Assembly: GCA_050258415.1 (NCBI GenBank)
Contig: JBLMYS010000126.1
Coordinates: 1 to 58,213, forward strand
Direction of reading: 5' to 3'
Origin: Acidobacteriota bacterium
GTDB taxonomy: Bacteria; Bacteroidota; Ignavibacteria; Ignavibacteriales; SURF-24
DNA length: 58,213 nt
Shown one piece after another: positions 10,373 to 20,191 of the stretch (position 1 is its first letter; each line of letters starts with the position of its first letter). The position numbers and the translations under genes are program-made. Below the pieces are notes generated by a model. It did not search any database, was not told where the DNA came from, and saw nothing but the letters and a program-made list of their open reading frames with translations.

Positions 10373-11659
10373 TTATTTAGCGCCCTTGCCTGCGCCTTCG
10401 ACCCTTACGTTAGAGTTCTCGGCCAGTTCACGTGAGATAGCCCTGTATGATCCGCTTACAACCTTCTCATTGCCACTTAATCCGCTCAATATTTCAATGT
10501 AGTTATCGTCGCTAATACCGGTCTTAACCTCTTTCATCTTTGCCTTATTGTTTTCAATTACAAAGACAACTTCCTTGGGCTTCTTGTCTTTTATCTTGTC
10601 GTTTTTAACCTGCAGCGGACCGCTTTCTTCTCCCTCTTTCTTTCCTTCAGGAGGCTTATTGCCTCTTGCCGTTACACTCTGAATGGGCACAGAAAGTACG
10701 TTGTTCTTTGTTTCAGTTTCAATGTCCGCGTTGCACGACATTCCGGGCCTGATACTGTTGTCGGTATCTGCAAGCCTGATTTTTATTTCAAAGTTTACAA
10801 CTTCCTGTTGTGTGCCTTGTGCCGTTGTCTTTGCGCTGTTGCCTATCTGTGAAACAACTCCCTTGAATTCTTTGTTTCCAAAGGCATCTATCTGAATCTT
10901 TGCCGTGTCACCTAATGAAACAAGCACCACATCGTTTTCATCAACTTCAACCGTTGCTTCCATCAGCGATAAGTCGGCAACTGTCATGATATTTGTACCC
11001 TGGCTGAACCCGGAACCAAGCACCCTTTCACCAAGCTCCACGTTAAGCTGGCTTATTGTACCATTCATTGGGGAGTAAATAGTCGTCTTGTAAAGATTCT
11101 CCTGAGCCTCCTTAAGTGCTGCCTGGAACTGTGCTACTGAAGATTTCTGCGAATCGAAATCGCTCTGCGCACTAAGGAAATTTGACTTTGACTGTTCCAG
11201 CTCGGCATCGCTCGAAAGCTTCTTCTTGTAGAGCTCCTGAATTCTCTTGTAATCAGCAGCAACCTTGTCCAGAACCGCCTTGCTCCTCTGTAGCCCGGCC
11301 TTTGCGCTTTCGAGTGTTGCAGCAGCCCTGTCGCGCGCTGCCATATATGTGTCAGGCTTTATTTTTATTAAAAGCTGTCCTTTCTTTACAACGTCCCCTT
11401 CTTTTACGGGAAGTTCAACAATCTCTCCGGTCACTTCGGGAGTTATTATTACCTGGTACTCAGGATTAATTTTCCCGGTAGCAGATACCTTCTGTGTAAT
11501 ATTCCTTTTCTGTACAGATTCTGTCTGTACAGGAATGATCTGCTCTTTGTTGCCGCTGAAGACCAGCAGTAGAACCAGGACGACCGCCATGAGTCCAACA
11601 AAGCTGAAAATATAAATTTTCTTCCTGGATTTCTTTTTGTTTCCGTTTCCGTTTGCCAT
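10373..11659 (-). CDS. Efflux periplasmic adaptor (HlyD/MacA-type membrane fusion protein)
   Basis: N-terminal Lys-rich segment plus one TM. It has a long coiled-coil hairpin (AAATLESAKAGLQRSK...AALKEAQENL) and beta-barrel/lipoyl-like segments. It sits between the TolC and ATPase genes. Confidence 0.85.
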   Translation of the reverse strand: MANGNGNKKKSRKKIYIFSFVGLMAVVLVLLLVFSGNKEQIIPVQTESVQKRNITQKVSATGKINPEYQVIITPEVTGEIVELPVKEGDVVKKGQLLIKIKPDTYMAARDRAAATLESAKAGLQRSKAVLDKVAADYKRIQELYKKKLSSDAELEQSKSNFLSAQSDFDSQKSSVAQFQAALKEAQENLYKTTIYSPMNGTISQLNVELGERVLGSGFSQGTNIMTVADLSLMEATVEVDENDVVLVSLGDTAKIQIDAFGNKEFKGVVSQIGNSAKTTAQGTQQEVVNFEIKIRLADTDNSIRPGMSCNADIETETKNNVLSVPIQSVTARGNKPPEGKKEGEESGPLQVKNDKIKDKKPKEVVFVIENNKAKMKEVKTGISDDNYIEILSGLSGNEKVVSGSYRAISRELAENSNVRVEGAGKGAK

Positions 11660-11682
11660 TGAATTATCTCCCTTGCAATAAA

Positions 11683-13029
11683 TTATTCAAATTTTTTATA
11701 GTCTAATATACCCAAATAGTATTCCAGCTGGGATTTCAGCCTGTAAAAATCAAACCTGTTGTTGATGTTGGTCTGCAGAGCAAGCGTATAGTTTGAACTT
11801 GCAAGCAGAAGGTTCACGAATGTACCTGATCCTATGTTGTATTTTTCCTGTTCAATCTGGCGGTTCTGCTGTGCTGAGAGTACATTCTTGGCACTCACAT
11901 CGAGCCTTTTCTGTGCCGCCTGAAAATCCAGGTATGTTTTCTTAAGGTCAATTTTTATCTGGCGCTCCAGCTCGGTTAGTTCAATTTCCCTAGTCTTTGC
12001 CTGGACCTTGGAATACTCGACATTGTTTTCAGTCGACCATCCTGAGAATATGGGGAGACTTAAGGTTAATCCAACTGAATACCCCCTGCTCTTAAAAAGC
12101 TCACTGATCGATTCGACAGTTGACCCAAATGAATTGGTGTTTGTAAGCCTCGGGAAATATCCCCCCTTTGCTATAACAACTCCGTTATTAGCACTCTCCA
12201 ATCTATACTGCGCGCTCTTATAATCCAACCTATTATTTAAGGCATCCTCAACTGCAGCACGGATGTTATCATACTGCTTCAAGAACTGCTCGCCTTCTAA
12301 AACCCTTGTGGTATCTGTTTCAATCGGATCAGATACATTAAAATCCGACATCACATCCAGCCCTAAGTATGTCAAAAGCTGGCTCTGATATGTATCCAGG
12401 TCGTTCCTTGCCTGAATTAATGCCAGTTCAGAATTCCCAACATTTACCTGCTGGGCATATACGTCAGCCAGTGTAACGGCTCCAAGTTTGTTTCTTTCTG
12501 TAAAAATCTCAAGGTTCTTCTGATTATATGCTAAATCATCTTCCCTTACCTTTAATACCTGCTTTGCATTTAAGACCAGGTAATAATCGGCAATTGTATT
12601 AAAGACTATATCCTGCTTGACCCTTTCTAAAGCCAGACGCGCAGCTTCCAGATCGTTTTTCGTCTGCGAAATAGTGGCAAAGTTTGCAAGCCCGTCAAAT
12701 AAGGTCCACTGCGTTGATGCCCCGGCCGTGTAACTACGGCTTTCCTGGTTGCCTGACCTGAAGACGAGTGTGCCTCCCTGGACGAATGTTCCCCCAGGGC
12801 CCTCGGAGCGGTCCCATCTCCAGCTTCCCGAGGCACCAAGGCTCGGCAAAAGCTGTCCGTAGGCCGCCTTAACATTAGACTCGTTTGTATTTATACTGAC
12901 AACATTTTTTGCTAATGTAGTATTCTTCTGCAGCGCTATTTTGACGGCATCATCCAAAGTTAAACTTTTTTGTGCCTTTGCATTAATGGAAAGAAGAAAT
13001 ATCATCAACAATGAGATATAAAAGCGCAT
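11683..13029 (-). CDS. TolC-family outer membrane efflux protein
   Basis: Signal peptide (INAKAQ) and a 448-aa two-repeat OEP-type sequence (LTLDDAVKIALQKN...). It is the first gene of the efflux operon. Confidence 0.85.
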   Translation of the reverse strand: MRFYISLLMIFLLSINAKAQKSLTLDDAVKIALQKNTTLAKNVVSINTNESNVKAAYGQLLPSLGASGSWRWDRSEGPGGTFVQGGTLVFRSGNQESRSYTAGASTQWTLFDGLANFATISQTKNDLEAARLALERVKQDIVFNTIADYYLVLNAKQVLKVREDDLAYNQKNLEIFTERNKLGAVTLADVYAQQVNVGNSELALIQARNDLDTYQSQLLTYLGLDVMSDFNVSDPIETDTTRVLEGEQFLKQYDNIRAAVEDALNNRLDYKSAQYRLESANNGVVIAKGGYFPRLTNTNSFGSTVESISELFKSRGYSVGLTLSLPIFSGWSTENNVEYSKVQAKTREIELTELERQIKIDLKKTYLDFQAAQKRLDVSAKNVLSAQQNRQIEQEKYNIGSGTFVNLLLASSNYTLALQTNINNRFDFYRLKSQLEYYLGILDYKKFE

Positions 13030-13277
13030 TATTTACTCCTGTTATGTATCGGCGTGAAAAATAATTAATCCCGAAAAAGTTTACATTTTGAAGGATCAAA
13101 TCCCTAAAAATGAAGCAATTAAACAATTTTTGCTAATCTCGTATATTTGGACGCATTGAAAAGATGAAAAGTTACATAGGTTTATAAAAAAAATCCTGAC
13201 CGGCCAGATTCAGGAAAAGCTGAAATTCATATGAGTTGGGGAAAGGCAAATAAAGCTTCAATAGAAGATGAAAAAGA

Positions 13278-14681
13278 TCATTCTTTCAGAAAATCCTCTT
13301 TTATTTTCATCAGATAATCGTATGCTTCCTGGTAATTATTTCCAATCTTACCGTCAAGAATCGCGTCCTCAATAGCCTTCTTTATCTCCCCAACTTTTTT
13401 TGAAGGCTTCAGGTTGCAGATCTGCATAATCTCTTCACCCCGCACCGGCGACTGGAAGGCTCTTAAGCGGTCTTTTTCCTTTACATCACGAACCTTATTC
13501 ATTACTTTCTCATAATTCGCGAGATACCTGGAGACTTTTTTTATGTTCTTGCTCGTAATGTCCGCGCGGCATAAGGTAATTAAATCTTCCAGATCCTCCC
13601 CGGCCGCCACAATGAGCCTTCTGATGGCTGAATCTGTCACCTCCTCGTCCACAAGCGCAATCGGTCTCAGGTGCAGCCTTATGAGTTTAGTCACATACTC
13701 AAGCTTTGTCAGAGGAAGCCTCATGCGGTGGAATATTTCTTCCATCATTCTTGCCCCTGCCTCTTCGTGCCCGTGGAATGTCCAGCCTGTGCCTTCAACA
13801 AACTTTTTCGTCTGTGGCTTTGCAACGTCGTGCAAAAGTGCTGCAAAGCGGAGCCATACGTTGTCTGTCGTCTCGGAAATGTTATCAACTACAGTGCAGG
13901 TATGCAGAAAAACATCCTTGTGGTGGTAATCTTTCCTCTGGTCAACCCCGGCAAGATTGGCAATTTCAGGGAAAATAATTTTCAATATTCCTGTCTCATA
14001 AAGAAGCTTTAAGCCTACTGAGGGCTTCGGGGACATCAGGATTTTCAGAAATTCATCCGTTATCCTCTCCTGCGAGATTATCTGAAGCCTCGGCGCCATC
14101 TCCCCGGCTGCTTTATAGGTATTTTCATCCAGCTCAAAATTCAGCTGACTGGCAAACCTTACGGCCCGCATTATCCTGAGCGGATCATCACTGAATGTTA
14201 CAAAAGGGTCAAGAGGAGTTTTGATGATCCTCTGTTCAATATCCTTGAGGCCATTAAAGGTATCCAGCAGGTCTCCAAAATCTTCCCTGTTTAATGAAAT
14301 GACGAGCGTATTTATGTTAAAATCCCTGCGGTTAATGTCGTCTTCAAATGTCCCCTCTTCAACAACAGGCTTGCGGCTCATCCTGTTATAGGATTCCCTG
14401 CGGGCCCCCACAAATTCCAGGTCCAGTTCCCCGTAGCGAAAATGCGCAGTTCCAAAATTTCTGTAAACGGCTATTTTACTAACCTTTAACTCTTTTGCCA
14501 GAGCTGAAGCATACCCGGTGCCGCTTCCAATGACAAGAAAATCTATTTCACTCCTCGGCCTTTCGAGTACAAGATCGCGTACATAGCCGCCGACTATGTA
14601 GAGCTTAAAGCCCAGTTTCTCAGCCGTTTTTGATGCTGTTTCAAATAAGGGGTTTTCCAGTAAATGAGACTTAAATTCCAT
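13278..14681 (-). CDS. tRNA nucleotidyltransferase (CCA-adding) / poly(A) polymerase family protein with HD domain
   Basis: GGYVRDLVL nucleotidyltransferase motif, RDFNINTL, and HD-domain residues (LHDVAKP...HGHEE). Confidence 0.85.
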   Translation of the reverse strand: MEFKSHLLENPLFETASKTAEKLGFKLYIVGGYVRDLVLERPRSEIDFLVIGSGTGYASALAKELKVSKIAVYRNFGTAHFRYGELDLEFVGARRESYNRMSRKPVVEEGTFEDDINRRDFNINTLVISLNREDFGDLLDTFNGLKDIEQRIIKTPLDPFVTFSDDPLRIMRAVRFASQLNFELDENTYKAAGEMAPRLQIISQERITDEFLKILMSPKPSVGLKLLYETGILKIIFPEIANLAGVDQRKDYHHKDVFLHTCTVVDNISETTDNVWLRFAALLHDVAKPQTKKFVEGTGWTFHGHEEAGARMMEEIFHRMRLPLTKLEYVTKLIRLHLRPIALVDEEVTDSAIRRLIVAAGEDLEDLITLCRADITSKNIKKVSRYLANYEKVMNKVRDVKEKDRLRAFQSPVRGEEIMQICNLKPSKKVGEIKKAIEDAILDGKIGNNYQEAYDYLMKIKEDFLKE

Positions 14682-14753
14682 AATAAAGGGTCATTCTTAA
14701 AAATATAAAGTTAACGAAAAAAAGCTTTCATGAACAGCATCATTTTTCAAAAA

Positions 14754-16976
14754 TTACTGCCATTTTGCATTGGATAGAGAAATTTCTCCAAAATTAATGA
14801 ACCAGTTCAACTTTTTCAGCCCCAGACGTAGCACCTCCTGGTAGTCGCTGTCTTCTTTGTAGCTTAAGGCCAATATCATTAGTCTGCGCGCCTCCTGAAA
14901 TTTCATGTTCTTTGACGCATAATCTGAAAGCCTGTAGGCTGCGTAGCTTGCTTGAAAATCCCCGACACTTATCCTGCCTGCCCACTCACCCAAAAACATG
15001 CTGTAATTTTCCTCAAGTTTTTCAGACAGGTCACCAAGAACCGGTATTGTTGAATAATGAAGAGAATCCCTGTTCATATTTTTTAATATGATATACTTGT
15101 CAAAGTCACTGCCGGTAAGATACCTTGCAGTCAAAGAGGTATCTTTTAACAGCTCCAGCCTTACCTGGCATAAATAGTCATACTCCCTTGAAGCCCTCTC
15201 TTTTGAAAGCTTAAGGTATATTGCCCGCGCTTCCTCGAAATTCTTGTTTACCGCGTATAAATCCGCCGTCATTAGCTCCAGGTTGTAGAAGTAAGAGGTC
15301 TTATTGTACTTATCCAGGTTTTTCTTAAGAACTTCCAGGGCCTGATAAGGCTTATCCAATTTCTTCAGGCTCATTACATATCCTAAAAGCGCCTGGTAAG
15401 ATTCAGAATAGTTAAGAAGCCTCCGGAAGAAGTCCCCCGCTTCAGTATACCTGCCCGAATTGTACATACTCCAGGCCCGTTCTATGTTTTCAGCCAGGAA
15501 TCTTGCACAGACTTTCTTAAATATTGGCTTACGCCCATAATAATATTCCGCCTCATCCGGGCTCCCTTTAGGGCTGTAGGAAGAGATAAAAGCGTAGTAT
15601 TCAGAAGTAAGGCTTTCCAAAGGTCTGCCGTAAACCTGAGTGTAAGCACTTCCCTTGTAAATCTCCTTAAATTTCTCAATACCGTACTTATCTATCAGGA
15701 ACCTGATAAATGAGCCGGAATATATGTATGAAAGTGAAGAGAGTTCACCAAAAAAGTTGAGTCCCTGAAAAAGTTTCTCTATCGGAAACTTAAAGTTATT
15801 GTTATATGCAAGCGAGGCCATATAATGGACCGTATGACCGTCGGTCTCATCCTCAAGCGCCACAGCCAGTCCCTCAAGTAATGAGGGATTAAATCCGTGC
15901 GAGATCTTAAATGGAGTAACCCCAAACTCCGAAGAAATGCAGTGCACTATTTCATGCTGAAGCGTGCGTTCATAGTTGCCGAAATTGATGTATAACTGAT
16001 AAAGCCATGGTTTTGCCACATCGGCATTTGCGCTTCCAAAGAGATTCTTTTTTTCTTCGGAATCATAAAATAAAAACGTTGTTACTTTCTTTGAAGGCTT
16101 TACCTTAAGAGCGGCAGTTACCTGCTCAAAATAATATTCATTGTGAAGAACGATATTCTTTATGGTCCTGGAGTCAATCTTTGTGTCATAATATATTTCA
16201 AAGTGCTCTGAACTTACGTGCCCTGAAAGTTCACTTATTATCCTTGACTTGGTAGTTGAAAATCCTAACGTGTCGCCTGAGAAAATAAACAAAACTGCAA
16301 TAAGAATAGTGGCAGCAAAGAAAGCTGCCTTGTGGCCTGCCTTAAGAGACTTTTTCCTTATAAGCCAGAAGGCAACGCAGCCTGCAGAGGCAAAATAGGC
16401 TATGTTCAGCAACCTGTAGCTGATCAGCTTAAAATCGATCTTTACGGCTTCATCGTAAATTGTACCCGGGTAGTAACCTATTATCGGATTATAAAAATAG
16501 ATCTGGGGATTAAAATAGATATACAAAACAGGCAGAAAGAGAATTATCAGATAAATGACTGATAAACTAATATAGCTGTATTTCCTGGATATAAGGCTGC
16601 AGATTATCCCAATTGAGCTTCCAATTAAGAGCGCCGGCACGGTAAAGACCATATAATAAAGCACACCCTGGAGCAATGAGCAGTTTTTGACAAAAAATGC
16701 TGCAATGAGTCCCATTGCAAGAGGAAGTATTATCAATGGAAGCAGGCTTTTAGTAAGTTCACTGATGAAAAGAATCGTGTCTTTTTCACCGGCATCCTTC
16801 TTAAGACAAGAAATTGTGAGTATGCCGCTTAAAAGAGTAATGAGTATTCCGTTTATGGCGGAATACTCATACCCTAAAAGATTCGTTAAGGGCAGATTTA
16901 GAAGTACAGTGTTGCTTATAAGCAGCAGTAAAAGTTCAAAAGTCAGTATTTTCTGTTTGAATATGGCTTTCATCAA
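14754..16976 (-). CDS. Polytopic membrane protein with an HExxH (peptidase-MA-like) domain and C-terminal TPR-like repeats
   Basis: About 230 N-terminal residues form multiple hydrophobic helices. HEIVH motif (TLQHEIVHCISSEFG). The helical-repeat C-terminus contains AEARAIYLKL- and YQALLGYVMSL-type TPR signatures. Confidence 0.6.
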   Translation of the reverse strand: MMKAIFKQKILTFELLLLLISNTVLLNLPLTNLLGYEYSAINGILITLLSGILTISCLKKDAGEKDTILFISELTKSLLPLIILPLAMGLIAAFFVKNCSLLQGVLYYMVFTVPALLIGSSIGIICSLISRKYSYISLSVIYLIILFLPVLYIYFNPQIYFYNPIIGYYPGTIYDEAVKIDFKLISYRLLNIAYFASAGCVAFWLIRKKSLKAGHKAAFFAATILIAVLFIFSGDTLGFSTTKSRIISELSGHVSSEHFEIYYDTKIDSRTIKNIVLHNEYYFEQVTAALKVKPSKKVTTFLFYDSEEKKNLFGSANADVAKPWLYQLYINFGNYERTLQHEIVHCISSEFGVTPFKISHGFNPSLLEGLAVALEDETDGHTVHYMASLAYNNNFKFPIEKLFQGLNFFGELSSLSYIYSGSFIRFLIDKYGIEKFKEIYKGSAYTQVYGRPLESLTSEYYAFISSYSPKGSPDEAEYYYGRKPIFKKVCARFLAENIERAWSMYNSGRYTEAGDFFRRLLNYSESYQALLGYVMSLKKLDKPYQALEVLKKNLDKYNKTSYFYNLELMTADLYAVNKNFEEARAIYLKLSKERASREYDYLCQVRLELLKDTSLTARYLTGSDFDKYIILKNMNRDSLHYSTIPVLGDLSEKLEENYSMFLGEWAGRISVGDFQASYAAYRLSDYASKNMKFQEARRLMILALSYKEDSDYQEVLRLGLKKLNWFINFGEISLSNAKWQ

Positions 16977-16983
16977 TTAAGGT

Positions 16984-18252
16984 TTAATATTCCGCCCCGG
17001 CAACCCTTTCTATCCGGGCACCCATTGAGATGAGTTTCTCTTCAATTCTCTGATAACCCCGGTCCAGATGATAAATTCTGAGTACTTCGGTTTCTCCTTC
17101 AGCGGCTAGGCCAGCAAGGACCAGTGAAGCGCTGGCCCTAAGGTCGGTCGACATGACCTTAGCACCCTTAAGCTTCGGCACCCCTTTTATTACAACGCTG
17201 TTTTCCCTGATCTCAATATTTGCACCAAGACGGTTTAATTCCGGAACGTGTTTGAAGCGGTCAAGATATATTGAATCTGTTACTGTCGAAACTCCATCGG
17301 CTAAGGACATAAAAGCTGTCCACTGTGCCTGCATGTCTGTTGGAAATCCCGGGTAAATGGAAGTAGCAACTTCCACGGGTTTTATACTGCTGAGGTTTGT
17401 GGCATCAAGTTTAATGCATGTTTTATCAACCGTGAGCTTTGCCCCCGAGTCTTCGAGCTTTACCAAGACTGCATCCAGGTGCCCCGGCATTACATTCTCA
17501 AGCTCCACTTTCCCGCGCGTAATTGCCCCTGCAATAAGGAGAGTTCCGGCTTCAATCCTGTCCGGTATATTTGTCGTCTCAGCTGCCTTAAGCTCATCAA
17601 CCCCCTCAATTTCCATAACTGAAGTATTGATACCGTTTATCCGGGCTCCCATCTTGACCAGGTATTCTGCCAGGACAGTAATCTCAGGCTCAATTGCCGC
17701 ATTCGTAATGATTGTAGTTCCTTTGGCCAGCGTTGCAGCCATCATCAGGTTCCCGGTAGCCCCGACTGAAGACACATCAAAATGGATCCTGGCGCCTTTA
17801 AGTTTATCAGCCTTTGCAATTATATATCCGCCGTCAAGCTCAATATCGGCACCCATTTTCTTTAAGCCTTCAAGATGCAGATTTATAGGCCTGGGGCCCC
17901 AGGCGCAACCTCCGGGAAGGGATACCTTAGCGTATCCGAAACGCGATAAAAGGGGGCCTAAGACATAAACCGAGGCTCTCATTTTCTTTACGTGTTCATA
18001 AGGAGCCACCTGGCTTGTAATGTTCGATGTATCAAATCTTAATGTGAAATCCTTAAACTCAGTCTCAACTCCCAGATTATTAAGAAGTTTGATCATCGTA
18101 TAGACATCATTGACCTCAGGAGTGTTATATAAAACATTCTCTCCAGCATTTAATAAAGCCGCTGGCATGATTGCAAGAGCCGCGTTCTTTGCCCCGCTTA
18201 CAGTCACCTTCCCTTTTAGGGCTTCTCCACCTGTAATTACAAATTTATCCAA
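16984..18252 (-). CDS. murA: UDP-N-acetylglucosamine 1-carboxyvinyltransferase
   Basis: N-terminus is MDKFVITGGEALKGKVTVSGAKNAALAIMPAALL. The active-site region is SLPGGCAWGPRPINLH. 422 aa. Confidence 0.95.
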   Translation of the reverse strand: MDKFVITGGEALKGKVTVSGAKNAALAIMPAALLNAGENVLYNTPEVNDVYTMIKLLNNLGVETEFKDFTLRFDTSNITSQVAPYEHVKKMRASVYVLGPLLSRFGYAKVSLPGGCAWGPRPINLHLEGLKKMGADIELDGGYIIAKADKLKGARIHFDVSSVGATGNLMMAATLAKGTTIITNAAIEPEITVLAEYLVKMGARINGINTSVMEIEGVDELKAAETTNIPDRIEAGTLLIAGAITRGKVELENVMPGHLDAVLVKLEDSGAKLTVDKTCIKLDATNLSSIKPVEVATSIYPGFPTDMQAQWTAFMSLADGVSTVTDSIYLDRFKHVPELNRLGANIEIRENSVVIKGVPKLKGAKVMSTDLRASASLVLAGLAAEGETEVLRIYHLDRGYQRIEEKLISMGARIERVAGAEY

Positions 18253-18286
18253 TTTTCATCCTTTAACTAAATAGTATCAAATATAT

Positions 18287-20191
18287 TTAAAATTTTACAA
18301 TGGTTCCATTCTGGCCGACAGCATAAACCTTCTTGCCCGGAGTTAAATTTATCCGGCTTAAAGAGGTAAATACATTTGTCTTTGCTTCCGACCAATTCAC
18401 GCCCGAATCACTCGTAAGAAGAACTTTACCCTGATTGCCGACAATAAAACCGATTTTTTCGTCAATGAATTCAATTGCAGAAAATCCCGAATTCAAGCCC
18501 CCCTTAATCTTCTTCCAGTCCATGCCTGAATTGTCAGTCATAAAAACTTCCCCGTTTCCTCCGGCAGAAAAACCGGTTCTGCCATTAATAAACTTAACAG
18601 CCCTCAGATAGTTGGATGTAAAAGAAGGTCTCTTCTCCCAGCTGAGCCCTTTGTCTGTGGTTCTGAAACACTCCCCGTTCCAGCCTACAATAAATCCAGT
18701 TTTTGCATCCGGAAAATCTACGTCGAAAAGCGCATTATCTGAAGGAATGTCCACCCTCTGCCAGCTCTCCCCTTCGTCCTGAGTTCTTAGGACAGTGCCT
18801 CCGGCCCCGAGAATAAACCCAGTTGAACTGCTCGTGAACCTTACCCTTAAAAGTACATCCGTCGACCTGAGATCCACCCTTTGCCAGTTCATCCCCTGGT
18901 CGGTTGACTTCAGGACTAAGCCCCCTTCCCCGACGGCAAAGCCCACGCCTGAACGCGTAAAAGCTATATCAAAGAGAGACTTGTCTGCAGGGCTTTGGAC
19001 TTTCTCCCAGCTCTGCCCCGAATTGATTGTCCTTAATATCAACCCTTTACTGCCAGAGCAGTATCCTATGGAATCGTTTATAAAGAAAACTGAGTTAATA
19101 TCATCCTTCAGGCTGCTATTAAGGACGGTCCACCTGAAATCTTTAAGCTTCTCCTCGCTCCAGCCCGGAATGACTGTCTGCTTTTCTTTTCCGGCAAGCG
19201 AGGGTACAAGCGGGTTTTTCCCGCTCTTCCAGAGTTCAAGGACCTGAGTAAAGGAAAAATAAACTAAACCCAGAAACGAAACTACGATTAAAAATGAATA
19301 AAAAATAGCTTTAAACTTATACCCTTGTGTATTTCTGTTCTTCCGCGGAGAATCCTCGTGGCCCTTAAAGGAGGATATGCCCCCCTGGAGAGCCTCAAGT
19401 TCAGACAAAAACTCCTGACACGAAGAAAATCTTGCCGAAGGCTTTTTACTTAAGGCTTTTTTTATAATGCTATCCAGTTTTGCGGGCAGCCCAGGCCTTA
19501 TAGCAAGCAGGTCGGGAGGATCTTCCTTAAGATGTCCTTCGGTTATCTCCTCTTCGGTTTCAAAGTTAAAGGGGGGATGGCCCGTAAGCATTTCAAACAA
19601 GGTAACGCCAATCGAGTAGATATCACTTTCAATATTGGCTTCTTCCCCTCTTATCTGCTCAGGACTCATGTAAAGAAGAGTGCCCACGTTTCTTCCCGGG
19701 TTTGTAAGCGTCTTATCGACTATAGATTTGGATATTCCGAAATCCATTATTTTGGAAACACCCTCGTGGTTTATAATTATATTGGAAGGTTTAATATCCC
19801 GGTGTACAAACTTTTTCGAATGCGCGTATGAAGCGGCCAGCAGAACCTGCTTTATAACCGGTATGGCTTCGCTTAAATCCAGCCTTTGCCTGCTTTCAAT
19901 CAGATGCTCAAGCGTCTCACCTTCAACGTATTCCATTATAATTCCAAGGAGACCTTCTTCTTCCATAAATCCAAAGACAGGAACTATGTTCTGGTGTAAA
20001 AGCTTAGCCTGGTTTTTAGCCTCCTTTTCAAACCTCTCCTTGAAACGGGCATTCTTTATGACCTGTGACTTTAAGATTTTGATGGCAACGTATCTGTCCA
20101 GCCTGGTATCCAGGGCTTTATAGACAATACCCATGCCCCCCTGGCCCAGTTCCGAGATAATCTTATAGTTATTTATTACTTTGCCGATCAT
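18287..20191 (-). CDS. Ser/Thr protein kinase with one TM and an extracytoplasmic BNR/Ycf48-like beta-propeller
   Basis: Hanks motifs GQGGMGIVYKA, VAIK, HRDIKPSNII, DFGISK and SPEQ. TM is IFYSFLIVVSFLGLVYFSF. Six Asp-box-like repeats follow (SGQSWE, QGMNWQ, EGESWQ, KGLSWE, SGMDWK, SGVNWS). Confidence 0.88.
   Translation of the reverse strand: MIGKVINNYKIISELGQGGMGIVYKALDTRLDRYVAIKILKSQVIKNARFKERFEKEAKNQAKLLHQNIVPVFGFMEEEGLLGIIMEYVEGETLEHLIESRQRLDLSEAIPVIKQVLLAASYAHSKKFVHRDIKPSNIIINHEGVSKIMDFGISKSIVDKTLTNPGRNVGTLLYMSPEQIRGEEANIESDIYSIGVTLFEMLTGHPPFNFETEEEITEGHLKEDPPDLLAIRPGLPAKLDSIIKKALSKKPSARFSSCQEFLSELEALQGGISSFKGHEDSPRKNRNTQGYKFKAIFYSFLIVVSFLGLVYFSFTQVLELWKSGKNPLVPSLAGKEKQTVIPGWSEEKLKDFRWTVLNSSLKDDINSVFFINDSIGYCSGSKGLILRTINSGQSWEKVQSPADKSLFDIAFTRSGVGFAVGEGGLVLKSTDQGMNWQRVDLRSTDVLLRVRFTSSSTGFILGAGGTVLRTQDEGESWQRVDIPSDNALFDVDFPDAKTGFIVGWNGECFRTTDKGLSWEKRPSFTSNYLRAVKFINGRTGFSAGGNGEVFMTDNSGMDWKKIKGGLNSGFSAIEFIDEKIGFIVGNQGKVLLTSDSGVNWSEAKTNVFTSLSRINLTPGKKVYAVGQNGTIVKF

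Noticed and set aside
17357-17968. Long antisense or alternative-frame ORFs inside strongly supported genes. Examples are 203 aa in murA, 170 aa at 40200..40712 in the ABC-F gene, 171 aa at 25426..25941 in hbd, 150 aa at 18795..19247 in the kinase, and many 60-130 aa ORFs in the permeases.
   Set aside because: They are shadow ORFs opposite or overlapping genes with unambiguous conserved motifs. Their translations are low-complexity (Ser/Pro/Ile-rich) with no recognisable motifs.
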